A stretch of DNA of 37,057 nt from Planctomycetales bacterium (lineage in GTDB: Bacteria > Planctomycetota > UBA11346): assembly GCA_025362255.1 (NCBI GenBank), contig JANYGY010000155.1, positions 1 through 37,057 of the forward strand. Direction: 5' to 3'. Positions 25,117 through 33,120 of the stretch are shown one piece after another; the stretch's first letter is position 1, and the number at the start of each line of letters is the position of its first letter. The notes under the pieces were generated by a model that worked only from the letters and a program-made list of their open reading frames with translations, was not told where the DNA came from and ran no database searches. Made by a program: the position numbers and the translations under genes.

Positions 25117-25650
25117 TCAGATCACCGCGCGGGTCGCCAATTCGTTGACTAGGCACTCGGCGACCTCGCCGGCAGAGGGCCTGGTCTCGACCGTACAGTG
25201 AGCGAGTTCGCGGTAGAGCGGCTCGCGTTGCGCGATCAGCGCCGGGGCTTCGTCTATCGGGTTGCTGCCGGTGAGGCTCGGCCGACCTCCGAGATGATGA
25301 CGCAGGCGCTCTTGAATCACCGCCACCGGGGCTTCGAGGTACGCCACCAGACCACCGCGCGCGGCGATCAGCTGGCGATTGGCCGGCCGCAGCACCACGC
25401 CGCCGCCGGTGGCCAGGACCATCGGCGCGTCGCTGGCGAGGATGCGCGCGATCGCCGTCTGCTCGGCATCGCGAAAAGCGGCTTCACCCTGGGCCTTGAA
25501 GAACGCGGCGATCGACATGCCGACTTGATGTTCGATCTCGCTATCGGCATCGACGAACGGCCACGCCAAGCGTGCCGCCACGAGCCGCCCGACGGTGGAT
25601 TTTCCACAGGCGCGAAAGCCGATGAGGGTCAAGCGATGGAGGTCGGGCAT
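25117..25650 (-). CDS. aroK: Shikimate kinase
   Basis: 177 aa from MPDLHRLTLIGFRACGKSTVGRLVA (P-loop), then FVDADSEIE and ATGGGVV. ATG verified at 25650-25648. The longer track ORF (to 26085) runs out of frame through the upstream gene. Confidence 0.85.
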   Translation of the reverse strand: MPDLHRLTLIGFRACGKSTVGRLVAARLAWPFVDADSEIEHQVGMSIAAFFKAQGEAAFRDAEQTAIARILASDAPMVLATGGGVVLRPANRQLIAARGGLVAYLEAPVAVIQERLRHHLGGRPSLTGSNPIDEAPALIAQREPLYRELAHCTVETRPSAGEVAECLVNELATRAVI

Positions 25651-25657
25651 GATGCGG

Positions 25658-26848
25658 TCAGCGCTTGCCGTTGATGATGTCTGGCAGGCTGGCGTATTCG
25701 ATCTTGGCGTCGTGGCGTAAGGTCTTGAGCAAGGCTTCGGTGCGCTGCTCGAGCGAATCGTCGATGCGATCGGCCTTGATCGCGGCGCGCAGATCCTCGT
25801 ACACCGGCTCCTTGAGCGGCCGATGAGCCTCGACCTGGGCCAGCTCGATGCCCCAATCGCCCGCCGCCATCGGCGGCAAGAGCATCGGGAAACGCTCAAC
25901 CGCCCACGCCGCATTGAGCAAGTCGACGCCGAGGACGCGGGCCTTGGGATCGGCGCGTTTGCCGGCGCGATCGACCCACCCGGCGCGGCCACCTGGCGCG
26001 ACATCGGTGTCGTAGCCGCGCGCGTACAGCGCCCATACCTGACCGAACGGCAACTCCTTGGCCGCGATCTGGCGGTGCAACGCATCCATCACCGACATCA
26101 AGCGTTCGCGTTCAGCAGCAGTCACCGTCGGCGTACCCCCGGGGCCCGGCTCGCGCTGAAAGGGGATCGCGATCAGGGACAGCTTCACGCCTTCGGTCTG
26201 GCGCCAGCGTTCGCGATGGGCCGCGAACCACGCGCGCAGATCGTCGTCATCCCACTCGTCCTTCGCCCGCTGATGCACCAGCGCTTGAAGGCCGGCGAGC
26301 ATGCGGAACCCGGGCTGGGCGCGAAAAAGCTCGGGTGTCATTTTTTCTTTGACGCTGAGGTAGTTGACGAAATCGATGCGCGCGTTTTCACCGGATTTTG
26401 CCTGCTGCTCTTCGAATTTCAGTTTCATGCGCTCCCACGTCGCATCGAATTCCGCCTGGCCGACGACGATTCCGGCAGCCGCGATCGCCTGCTCGACCAG
26501 CCGGATGTTGATCATCTCATCGCGCACCTTGCCGGCACCCTTGCGCAGCAGGGCGTCGGCCAGTTCGCGACGGCCGATCTTGTTGAAGCCGATGGTCAGG
26601 ACGGTGTCGTCATCCTTCAGCTTGGTGAAGTCGAGCTGCTGCAACTGGCTGTGCACCCATTCTTCGACCAGGTCGGCACCTTCCTTGCGCAGCAGGGCGT
26701 CCTCGATGTCGCGCAGGGTCAGCGCGACTCCGTTGACTGTGGCGACGGTCAACGGCTTGGGCGGAACCACGGGTTCAGCCCCGGATGCGGCCCCCGACGC
26801 AAAAAAGAGCACCGCGCAAGCGACAGCGAGCAGAAAAAAACAGCGCAT
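25658..26848 (-). CDS. Secreted SurA/PrsA-like peptidyl-prolyl isomerase/chaperone (parvulin-type)
   Basis: Signal peptide MRCFFLLAVACAVLFFASGAASGA (ATG 26848). SurA-N-like start TVATVNGVALTLRDIEDALL and a degenerate parvulin-like region near the C-terminus. The track start at 26869 is a TTG codon overlapping the rsmA stop. Confidence 0.55.
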   Translation of the reverse strand: MRCFFLLAVACAVLFFASGAASGAEPVVPPKPLTVATVNGVALTLRDIEDALLRKEGADLVEEWVHSQLQQLDFTKLKDDDTVLTIGFNKIGRRELADALLRKGAGKVRDEMINIRLVEQAIAAAGIVVGQAEFDATWERMKLKFEEQQAKSGENARIDFVNYLSVKEKMTPELFRAQPGFRMLAGLQALVHQRAKDEWDDDDLRAWFAAHRERWRQTEGVKLSLIAIPFQREPGPGGTPTVTAAERERLMSVMDALHRQIAAKELPFGQVWALYARGYDTDVAPGGRAGWVDRAGKRADPKARVLGVDLLNAAWAVERFPMLLPPMAAGDWGIELAQVEAHRPLKEPVYEDLRAAIKADRIDDSLEQRTEALLKTLRHDAKIEYASLPDIINGKR

Positions 26849-26865
26849 GGAAGTCCTGACCGGAT

Positions 26866-27723
26866 TCAATCGTGAGTCGTTGGCTGGTCCGCGCGCACCA
26901 GGGCGAACAGCGCTACCAGCTCAGACGAGGAAAGCGTTTCGAGTCGTCGGGTAAGGTCCAGGCCGCCCGCGATGCAGGCGGCCTCGGCGCGGTCGCGGGC
27001 CATGCCCGCATCGCGCAGCGCGCCCGGCAGCACTTTGCGCCGATAGGCGAACACGTCGCGGCACCAGCGGCCAAACCCGGGTGGCAATGGCCGTTGCGGC
27101 GACCACGTCAGGATCGCGCTGTCGACCCGCGGCGGCGGAAAGAAACACCCCGGCGGCAACTGGCGGACGATCTTCGGCTCGCCGGCAGCTTGCAGCACCG
27201 CCGCGGTCGCGCCCCACGCGGCATCACCCGGCTTGCTGACCAGCCGCTGCGCCGCTTCTTTTTGAATGGTCACGACCAGCCGCTCGGGCGGGATCGGCAG
27301 AGCCACCGCATTCAGGATCACCGGCAGGGCGACGTCATACGGCAGGTTCGCCGCCAAGCGCCAGGGACCCACCGCGGCAAAGTCCTCGATCGCCGGATGC
27401 AGGCGGTTCTTGGTCGCCAGCGCGTCGCCATGAATGAGCTGAAGACCGAGCGGCACCAAGGTGCGTTGAAGGAGAGCATGCAGGCCCTGATCCAGCTCGA
27501 CCGCGAGCACGGTCGCCCCGGCTGCCAGCAAGCGCTCGGTGAGCACCCCGGTGCCCGGGCCGACTTCGATGAAGCGACCGCCAGGCAGGGGGCCGGCGGC
27601 CGCGACCAGGGCCGCGACCGCCGCCTCGTCGACCATGAAATTCTGCCCGAGTCGATGCAGCGGCGTTAACCCATCGCCCGCCAGCGCAGCGCTGATGCGG
27701 GCCTTGAGTGACGGCGTGCTCAT
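26866..27723 (-). CDS. rsmA: 16S rRNA (adenine1518/1519-N6)-dimethyltransferase
   Basis: RLGQNFMVDEAAV, SAM-binding motif FIEVGPGTGVLTERLL, and ANLPYDVALPVI match the KsgA/RsmA family pattern. Confidence 0.85.
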   Translation of the reverse strand: MSTPSLKARISAALAGDGLTPLHRLGQNFMVDEAAVAALVAAAGPLPGGRFIEVGPGTGVLTERLLAAGATVLAVELDQGLHALLQRTLVPLGLQLIHGDALATKNRLHPAIEDFAAVGPWRLAANLPYDVALPVILNAVALPIPPERLVVTIQKEAAQRLVSKPGDAAWGATAAVLQAAGEPKIVRQLPPGCFFPPPRVDSAILTWSPQRPLPPGFGRWCRDVFAYRRKVLPGALRDAGMARDRAEAACIAGGLDLTRRLETLSSSELVALFALVRADQPTTHD

Positions 27724-30020
27724 TGCCCAAAAGCCGCGGCGTCAGGCAGGGCCTCGGCCACGCTCGACCCCGACAGCATCGCCCGACCGCGCGGAAAGCG
27801 GCTGCCACCACGATTCGACCACACATGCACCGGCGTGCCGGCTGCCGTCGGGCGCAGCACCGCCAGGGTCAGCAGCTCGGTCGGCAGTGAGACGTCGCCG
27901 CCGATCGCCGGCACCGCGCAGGTGATGGCCGCGACGATGTCCCCAGCTGCCGGCTCCGGCACTCGCGCATCGATCACCGTGCTATCCGACACCACCAGAG
28001 ACCCAAGGGTTCTGAAATAACGCCGCACTGCTACCGCATCTGCGGCCTTGGCCGCATCGCTGCCGCTCGTCACCTGCCACCCCGCACCCGACCGCGCGAG
28101 AATCACCAGCGTGCCGTCGGCGCGTCTGATCTCGACTCGCGTGACCACGCTGGCAACCACGGGAAAAACCAAGCCATCATTGAATGCAGCGCGCAATTCC
28201 TCCATGGTGTCGGAATCCAGGGTGAAGCGCAGCCCGAGATCCTTGTCGACGCAGGTCCACCCCGCCGCCGACCGCTTGGCGGCAAAGCCCCAATCTTGCG
28301 CCGCGGTCAGATCAAGGTCGGTCTCATCGTTCGAGGCCTGGCCACCGACCACGGCCGCAAACCGCACATCGAATTCGAAATCCGGCGCGGCGAGCAGGTC
28401 GCGCGCGCTTTCCCGCAGCGCATCCCCAGCCTTGCCATCGGGAACCACCAGGGCGAGATCCGCGACCCGCGCCCCCACCAGCACCCGCACCAGTCGATCG
28501 ATCGCGGCTCCGGACACCGGGGCCGCTGACGCGGCAGAGGCAGTTCCGGAAGCCAGCGCTGAAGCAGGCACGGAAGCCGGATACGTGCGCACCCAGGTGC
28601 CGCCGTCGGTGCGCGCCACGACCTCATCGCGGGGCGGCGATTCGTCGCGGAACCGCCGCTGGATCTTGGCCACGCGAGTGGGATCACGGCGGGTGAGTCG
28701 GGGATCGAGAAAGCGTTCGGGGGCGAAAGCGGCGCGCAGCAGGCCGTCATCGTCGATCCGTCCACGATGGCTGGCGGTGATCAATTCGCCGCCAGCCAGG
28801 GCAAAACGCAGCGTCTGACCGCCCGGACGGTCAGAGGCGACGCTGATCACCAGCGCGTCATCCGGCACGTTGGCAAGGGCAGTGCGATCGGCCACCGGCT
28901 CGCGCACCGAGACCGAAGACACCAGCGCGGCGAGCTGCTCGATCGCGTCATCGGGGGCGCTTTCGCGACCGTTGCTCCACGCGACATCCCAGAAGAAACC
29001 ACCGACGGCAGGCGGCTTTTCGCGCCGGCGCAGGCTCCACCACGGCGTCCTGCCGTGCGCCACATCGACCTGCAGCACGTCATCCTTGGCGATGGTGTTG
29101 AACAGTTCGATCAGCGGATTGCGGGTGAACGCGGTGAGGGCGGTGCGCAGTTCGGCGAGTTGACCGGTGCCGACGTGCTGCACGGGAAAGCCGCTGATCG
29201 CGATCACCCCCCGCAGTCCATCCGAGTGCAGGGTAACCGTCCGCACCGGCTGCGCCGCAAAGCTGAACTGACCGGGCACGGCACCCGGCGAACCGGGAGC
29301 CGGGGACCCGGCGCTGGCGGGCAGCTCGACCACGCCCACCACCGGCAAGCCGATCGCCGGCTGGCCTTCCAGATCGTCGATCGAGATCCGCGCCAGCAGC
29401 GACATCAGTACCGTCACCCGGGCGTTGAAGGCGGGGCGATTACGGAACAATTCGGCCTGCCATTGGCCCTCTTCGTTGACCAGGCTCAAGCCATCGACGG
29501 TCAGCCGGTTGGCAGTGCTCGGGGTCGCCAGCACCGCGGCTCGGAACGGGGGTTTGGCCGCCGCGTCGATCCCGGCGAGGGCGGCGGGGTTGACCGCGTA
29601 CAGGGTCCGCTCGATGCCGTTCCAGATGTACGCCTGCTCGCCACTGCCACCCCAGCGCAGGCGAACGCTGCCATCGTCGGTGATCGCCTCGCGGCTATCG
29701 TCGATCCCGTATGCCGACAACTGGCCTTCGCCGATGTCGCGGATCACTTTCGCCGCCGGCACGTCGATCGCCGAAAAAGCGCCCCAGATGCGCGGCGCTT
29801 TTTCGGCGTCGGTGGCGAATTCGTAGCTTGAGCTGCCGACCTTCACGGTGGTCACGTCGCGTCCGACCTTGGCGCTGATGCCCCCGCTGCGCACGGTGTA
29901 ATCCCGCGCGGCGACCGGCCCGAGGATCTTGACCCCGATCACCTCGGGTGTCGGCCACCACGCATAAGCTCCGAAAATTCCGATCACCAGAACCGCGAAC
30001 AGGTAGCCAAGTCGGCTCAT
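27720..30020 (-). CDS. Large membrane-anchored protein of unknown function (possibly DUF4340-like)
   Basis: 766 aa with one N-terminal TM (LGYLFAVLVIGIFGAYAWW) and a long extracytoplasmic body with no catalytic motifs I recognise. ATGA overlap with the rsmA start. The DUF4340 assignment comes from general architecture only. Confidence 0.55.
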   Translation of the reverse strand: MSRLGYLFAVLVIGIFGAYAWWPTPEVIGVKILGPVAARDYTVRSGGISAKVGRDVTTVKVGSSSYEFATDAEKAPRIWGAFSAIDVPAAKVIRDIGEGQLSAYGIDDSREAITDDGSVRLRWGGSGEQAYIWNGIERTLYAVNPAALAGIDAAAKPPFRAAVLATPSTANRLTVDGLSLVNEEGQWQAELFRNRPAFNARVTVLMSLLARISIDDLEGQPAIGLPVVGVVELPASAGSPAPGSPGAVPGQFSFAAQPVRTVTLHSDGLRGVIAISGFPVQHVGTGQLAELRTALTAFTRNPLIELFNTIAKDDVLQVDVAHGRTPWWSLRRREKPPAVGGFFWDVAWSNGRESAPDDAIEQLAALVSSVSVREPVADRTALANVPDDALVISVASDRPGGQTLRFALAGGELITASHRGRIDDDGLLRAAFAPERFLDPRLTRRDPTRVAKIQRRFRDESPPRDEVVARTDGGTWVRTYPASVPASALASGTASAASAAPVSGAAIDRLVRVLVGARVADLALVVPDGKAGDALRESARDLLAAPDFEFDVRFAAVVGGQASNDETDLDLTAAQDWGFAAKRSAAGWTCVDKDLGLRFTLDSDTMEELRAAFNDGLVFPVVASVVTRVEIRRADGTLVILARSGAGWQVTSGSDAAKAADAVAVRRYFRTLGSLVVSDSTVIDARVPEPAAGDIVAAITCAVPAIGGDVSLPTELLTLAVLRPTAAGTPVHVWSNRGGSRFPRGRAMLSGSSVAEALPDAAAFGQ

Positions 30021-30023
30021 GGA

Positions 30024-30737
30024 TTAATCGCCAAATTCATGGCGCTTCGGCAGATCAGCGGGCGAGCCGAGGCCAAAGCGGGTGAGGAAATGATCAGTGG
30101 TGCCATAGAGCAACGGCCGCCCCAGGGCGTGATCGTCGCGGCCAACCACCGCCACCAATTTGAGGTCCATCAGCTGGCGCAGTACGGGTCCGCACTGGAC
30201 CCCGCGCACGTCTTCGATCGCGCCGCGCGCGACCGGCTGCTTATAGGCGACCACTGCCAGCGCCTCGAACGCGCCCTTCGATAGTTTGGTCGGCAACTCC
30301 TTGCGCTCGAGCTGACGGACCCACGGATAAAACGCGGCCCGGGTCATCAGGCGCCAGCCGTTGGCTTCGCGCCGCAGTTCCCAGCCGCGCCGCTCGTGCG
30401 CGAACCGGGCCGCCAGCCCGGTGAGGAAACCATCGAGATACGCCGCGCTGGTGCCGGGCAGGCAGCCCGCGAGACGCGCCACCGGTAGGGGTTTGGTGGC
30501 GACGAAAAGCAGGCCTTCGATCACTGCGCGCAATTCCCCAGGAGGCAGATCGGCGGCATCCGGCGGTGGTTCGGGCTCGACCTGCGCATCTGCGGGCAAC
30601 TCGGCCGGCTTGCGCTCGATCAGGCCCACGTCCTCGACCAGCAGGGCCTCGGGGGCGGCCACGTGGCCACTGGCAGGACTGGCTTCGCCCGGCTCGGAGG
30701 TCGCATCCGCCTGAGGAAGTTCGTCGGCGTCGCTCAT
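30024..30737 (-). CDS. scpB: Segregation and condensation protein B
   Basis: [22 protein letters not shown]..., [29 protein letters not shown] and [17 protein letters not shown] are typical ScpB winged-helix blocks. There is an acidic, Pro-rich N-terminal extension. Confidence 0.8.
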   Translation of the reverse strand: MSDADELPQADATSEPGEASPASGHVAAPEALLVEDVGLIERKPAELPADAQVEPEPPPDAADLPPGELRAVIEGLLFVATKPLPVARLAGCLPGTSAAYLDGFLTGLAARFAHERRGWELRREANGWRLMTRAAFYPWVRQLERKELPTKLSKGAFEALAVVAYKQPVARGAIEDVRGVQCGPVLRQLMDLKLVAVVGRDDHALGRPLLYGTTDHFLTRFGLGSPADLPKRHEFGD

Positions 30738-31333
30738 GCTGCCCGGCCCGCCGCAAAGCTGAGGAAATTACGCAGCAGCGCGTGTCCGTGCTCGGTGAGA
30801 AAGCTTTCCGGATGGAATTGCACGCCCTCGATCGGCAGCTCGCGATGGCGCACGCCCATCAGCTCGGGCGCTCCGACATAATCCGCATCGGCGCACCACG
30901 CGGTCGGTTCCAGGCATGCCGGCAGCTGGGCGTCGACCACCAAGCTGTGATAGCGGGTGGCGGTGAACGGCGACGGCACGTCGGCAAAAACGCCGCGGCC
31001 GTCATGGCGGATGCGGCTGGTCTTGCCATGCATCAAGCGATCCGCCCGGCGCACCGTGCCGCCAAAGGCCTGACCGATCGCCTGATGGCCCAGGCACACG
31101 CCCAGCAACGGGATCCGCTGCTGGGCCGCGGCGGTGATCAACGCCAGACTGATCCCGGCTTCGGTGGGCGAACAAGGCCCCGGCGAGATCAGGATGTGAT
31201 CCGGAGCCTCGCCGATGATCTCGGCGACCGTCTTTTCGTCATTGCGGTAGACGCGCACCTGCGCCCCCAATTCCCAAAGGTACTGCACCAGATTGTAGGT
31301 GAAGCTATCGTAGTTGTCGATGACGGTCAGCAT
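30734..31333 (-). CDS. trpG: Glutamine amidotransferase of anthranilate/aminodeoxychorismate synthase (component II)
   Basis: [19 protein letters not shown], catalytic GVCLGHQ, and VQFHPES. TrpG and PabA cannot be distinguished from sequence alone. Confidence 0.8.
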   Translation of the reverse strand: MLTVIDNYDSFTYNLVQYLWELGAQVRVYRNDEKTVAEIIGEAPDHILISPGPCSPTEAGISLALITAAAQQRIPLLGVCLGHQAIGQAFGGTVRRADRLMHGKTSRIRHDGRGVFADVPSPFTATRYHSLVVDAQLPACLEPTAWCADADYVGAPELMGVRHRELPIEGVQFHPESFLTEHGHALLRNFLSFAAGRAA

Positions 31334-31427
31334 GGCCAGAAGCGCAGCCTAGTGGGCCTGGATATTTGCGCAGCCGCGGAGCGCCGCCGGCCACCGGCAG
31401 ATGTCATCCACGCTGAATCAGCGCGAC

Positions 31428-31456
31428 TTGACACCCCCGCCACTTCCACATGATCC
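31428..31456 (+). promoter_or_regulatory. Candidate sigma70-type promoter for tRNA-Arg
   Basis: Perfect TTGACA at 31428-31433. There is a weak -10 candidate (CATGAT/TGATCC) 15-17 bp downstream, about 10 nt before the tRNA 5' end. Confidence 0.3.
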
Positions 31457-31466
31457 CGCCCCGCAC

Positions 31467-31543
31467 GCGGTGGTAGCTCAATTGGATAGAGCATCAGACT
31501 ACGGATCTGAGGGTTAGTGGTTCAAGTCCACTCCGCCGCGCCA
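31467..31543 (+). tRNA. tRNA-Arg (anticodon ACG), CCA encoded
   Basis: Hand-folded. Acceptor GCGGTGG/CCGCCGC (one G-U pair), D-arm GCTC/GAGC, anticodon stem TCAGA/TCTGA with loop CTACGGA, T-arm AGTGG-TTCAAGT-CCACT, discriminator G, then CCA. Confidence 0.9.
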
Positions 31544-31546
31544 GAA

Positions 31547-31583
31547 AGCCCTGCAACTTCACCAAGTTGCAGGGCTTTTTTTT
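31547..31583 (+). terminator. Rho-independent terminator after tRNA-Arg
   Basis: 13-bp stem AGCCCTGCAACTT / AAGTTGCAGGGCT, loop CACC, followed by T8. Confidence 0.75.
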
Positions 31584-31618
31584 AGCCCATTAAGCTAGCT
31601 GGTCAGAACCATTTTTCT

Positions 31619-31879
31619 TTAGCGATATACTTCTCGTCGATGTGCCGCGCGGACCACCAACACCAGTAAACGACCGTCGTGGATCTCGTAAACGATGCGG
31701 TAATCACCGACCCGGATGCGCCATTCCCCGGAGCCTCCGGCGAGCTTGCATGAGTCGGATGGACGGGGGTCAACGGCCAGGGAATCAACGGCCGCGCGGA
31801 TTCGGCTTTGGGTAGTACGGTCGAACCCTGTCAGGCTTTTGACGGCGTCCCGGGTCAATTCAATGCGGTATGACCCCAT
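31619..31879 (-). CDS. RelE/ParE family type II toxin
   Basis: 86 aa. YRIELTRDAVKSL...RI...L..DPRP...KL.G....WRIRVGDYRIVYEIHDGRLLVLVVRAAHRREVY matches the RelE/ParE consensus. It starts 3 nt after the antitoxin stop. Confidence 0.75.
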   Translation of the reverse strand: MGSYRIELTRDAVKSLTGFDRTTQSRIRAAVDSLAVDPRPSDSCKLAGGSGEWRIRVGDYRIVYEIHDGRLLVLVVRAAHRREVYR

Positions 31880-31882
31880 GGG

Positions 31883-32149
31883 TCACTTGCGCTTGGACGG
31901 CTTAGCGGGCTTGGCGTCCAACGCCGCTTTCACCTGTTCCCACGCCACGGTGCTCTCGCCGCCGGCGATCTGGGCGCGAGCTTTGGCTGCCTGGGCGGCG
32001 TCCAGCGCTTCTTCGATCAATTCCAAGTCTTCGATGGGGACCACCGCCGCGACCGGCTTACCTCGACTGGTCAATACGGTGGGGGACTTTCCGTGACGAG
32101 CGCGGCCCACGACTTCAGACAGTGCAGCCCGGGCGTGGGCGATACTCAT
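31883..32149 (-). CDS. Phd/YefM family antitoxin
   Basis: Start at MSIAHARAALSEVVGRARHGKSPTVLTSRGKPVAAVVPIEDLELIEE (ATG 32149-32147). This is the classic Phd/YefM N-terminal domain. Confidence 0.7.
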   Translation of the reverse strand: MSIAHARAALSEVVGRARHGKSPTVLTSRGKPVAAVVPIEDLELIEEALDAAQAAKARAQIAGGESTVAWEQVKAALDAKPAKPSKRK

Positions 32150-32207
32150 GGATGTCAGTCCGTGCAGGTTTGGTGAGGCAGTGCGCATGCGGTATCCTTG
32201 AAGGTGC

Positions 32208-32219
32208 TTATGTACATAA
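32208..32219. promoter_or_regulatory. Perfect 12-bp palindrome TTATGTACATAA, candidate Phd/RelE operator
   Basis: Read directly, about 60 bp upstream of the antitoxin start, in the divergent intergenic region shared with the SDR gene. Flanked by GTGC...GCAC. Confidence 0.4.
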
Positions 32220-32368
32220 TGCACAGTTCAGGTCTAGCACGGAAGCGTTAATCTCACTAAGGTTCATACCTGCGAGTTAGGCTCAAAACGTTCGTCGGCA
32301 GAAATTCTTTATCATCCGCTGGCCGGTTCTTTACCGTCTCACGCACAATCACCGTTCAGGAACCGCTC

Positions 32369-33109
32369 ATGTCGACCTCGCCGCTCCCGCGCATCGCTTT
32401 GATCACTGGCGCCAACAAAGGCCTTGGCCTTGAGACGGCGCGGCAGCTTGGCCGTTTGGGCATCACCGTGCTGCTTGGCAGTCGCGATGCGGCGCGGGGT
32501 GCCGACGCGGTCGCGCGTTTGCAGGCCGACGGCATCACCGCCGGTGCGATCTCGTTGGAGGTGACGGATTCAGCTTCGATCACCGCCGCCGTGGGCCAGG
32601 TGACCAAGCTTCACGGGCGCCTCGACATCCTGATCAACAATGCCGGGGTTCTTGATTACGCCGCTGATTCAGGGGTCGAGACCACCTCAATCGACACGTT
32701 TCGCCGGGTGTTCGAAACCAATGTCTTCGGCGTGGTTGCGGTGACCCAGGCTTTTCTGCCGCTGTTGAAAAAGTCACCTGCTGGACGGATCGTCAATCTG
32801 AGCAGCATCCTCGGCTCGTTGGCCGAACACAGCGACCGCAATTCCTTCATCTACGGCTTCCGTTGGCCCGCTTACGATGCGTCAAAGGCCGCGGTGAACA
32901 TGTACACGGTCGAGTTGGCGCATTCACTGATCGGTACCGCTATAAAGGTCAACGCCGCGCACCCGGGGTGGGTCAAGACCGACATGGGCGGAGCCGAGGC
33001 GCCGATGGAAATCGTCGATGGCGCGAAGACCGCCGTGACCTTGGCGACGCTGGATGAAAACGGCCCGACGGGCGGTTATTACCATCAGGGTGTGCACCTG
33101 CGCTGGTGA
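32369..33109 (+). CDS. Short-chain dehydrogenase/reductase (SDR) family oxidoreductase
   Basis: ALITGANKGLGLETARQL (TGxxxGxG), NNAG, and the catalytic motif YDASKAAVN. Confidence 0.85.
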   Translation: MSTSPLPRIALITGANKGLGLETARQLGRLGITVLLGSRDAARGADAVARLQADGITAGAISLEVTDSASITAAVGQVTKLHGRLDILINNAGVLDYAADSGVETTSIDTFRRVFETNVFGVVAVTQAFLPLLKKSPAGRIVNLSSILGSLAEHSDRNSFIYGFRWPAYDASKAAVNMYTVELAHSLIGTAIKVNAAHPGWVKTDMGGAEAPMEIVDGAKTAVTLATLDENGPTGGYYHQGVHLRW

Positions 33110-33120
33110 ACGGCAGTTTC

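Noticed and set aside
24767-25201. 144-aa plus-strand ORF starting inside the REP copy after the histidine kinase.
   Set aside because: It starts within the palindromic repeat, is out of frame with the better small ORF at 24913-25107, and runs antisense into aroK.
25651-26085. Upstream extension of the aroK ORF to 322 aa.
   Set aside because: It runs out of frame through the PPIase gene, and its sequence is Arg/Ser/Cys-rich junk. The canonical P-loop N-terminus begins at the ATG at 25650.
31334-31466. DnaA boxes, parS or other origin-type sites near scpB and the tRNA.
   Set aside because: I found no TTATCCACA-like or TGTTTCACGTGAAACA-like sequences by eye. Only a TTGACA promoter-like hexamer is present.
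31544-32368. Integrated mobile element at tRNA-Arg with att sites.
   Set aside because: There is no integrase or recombinase gene, and I could not find a direct repeat of the tRNA 3' end (GGTTCAAGTCCACTCCGCCGCGCCA) downstream by eye. I report it only as a compositionally distinct mini-island.
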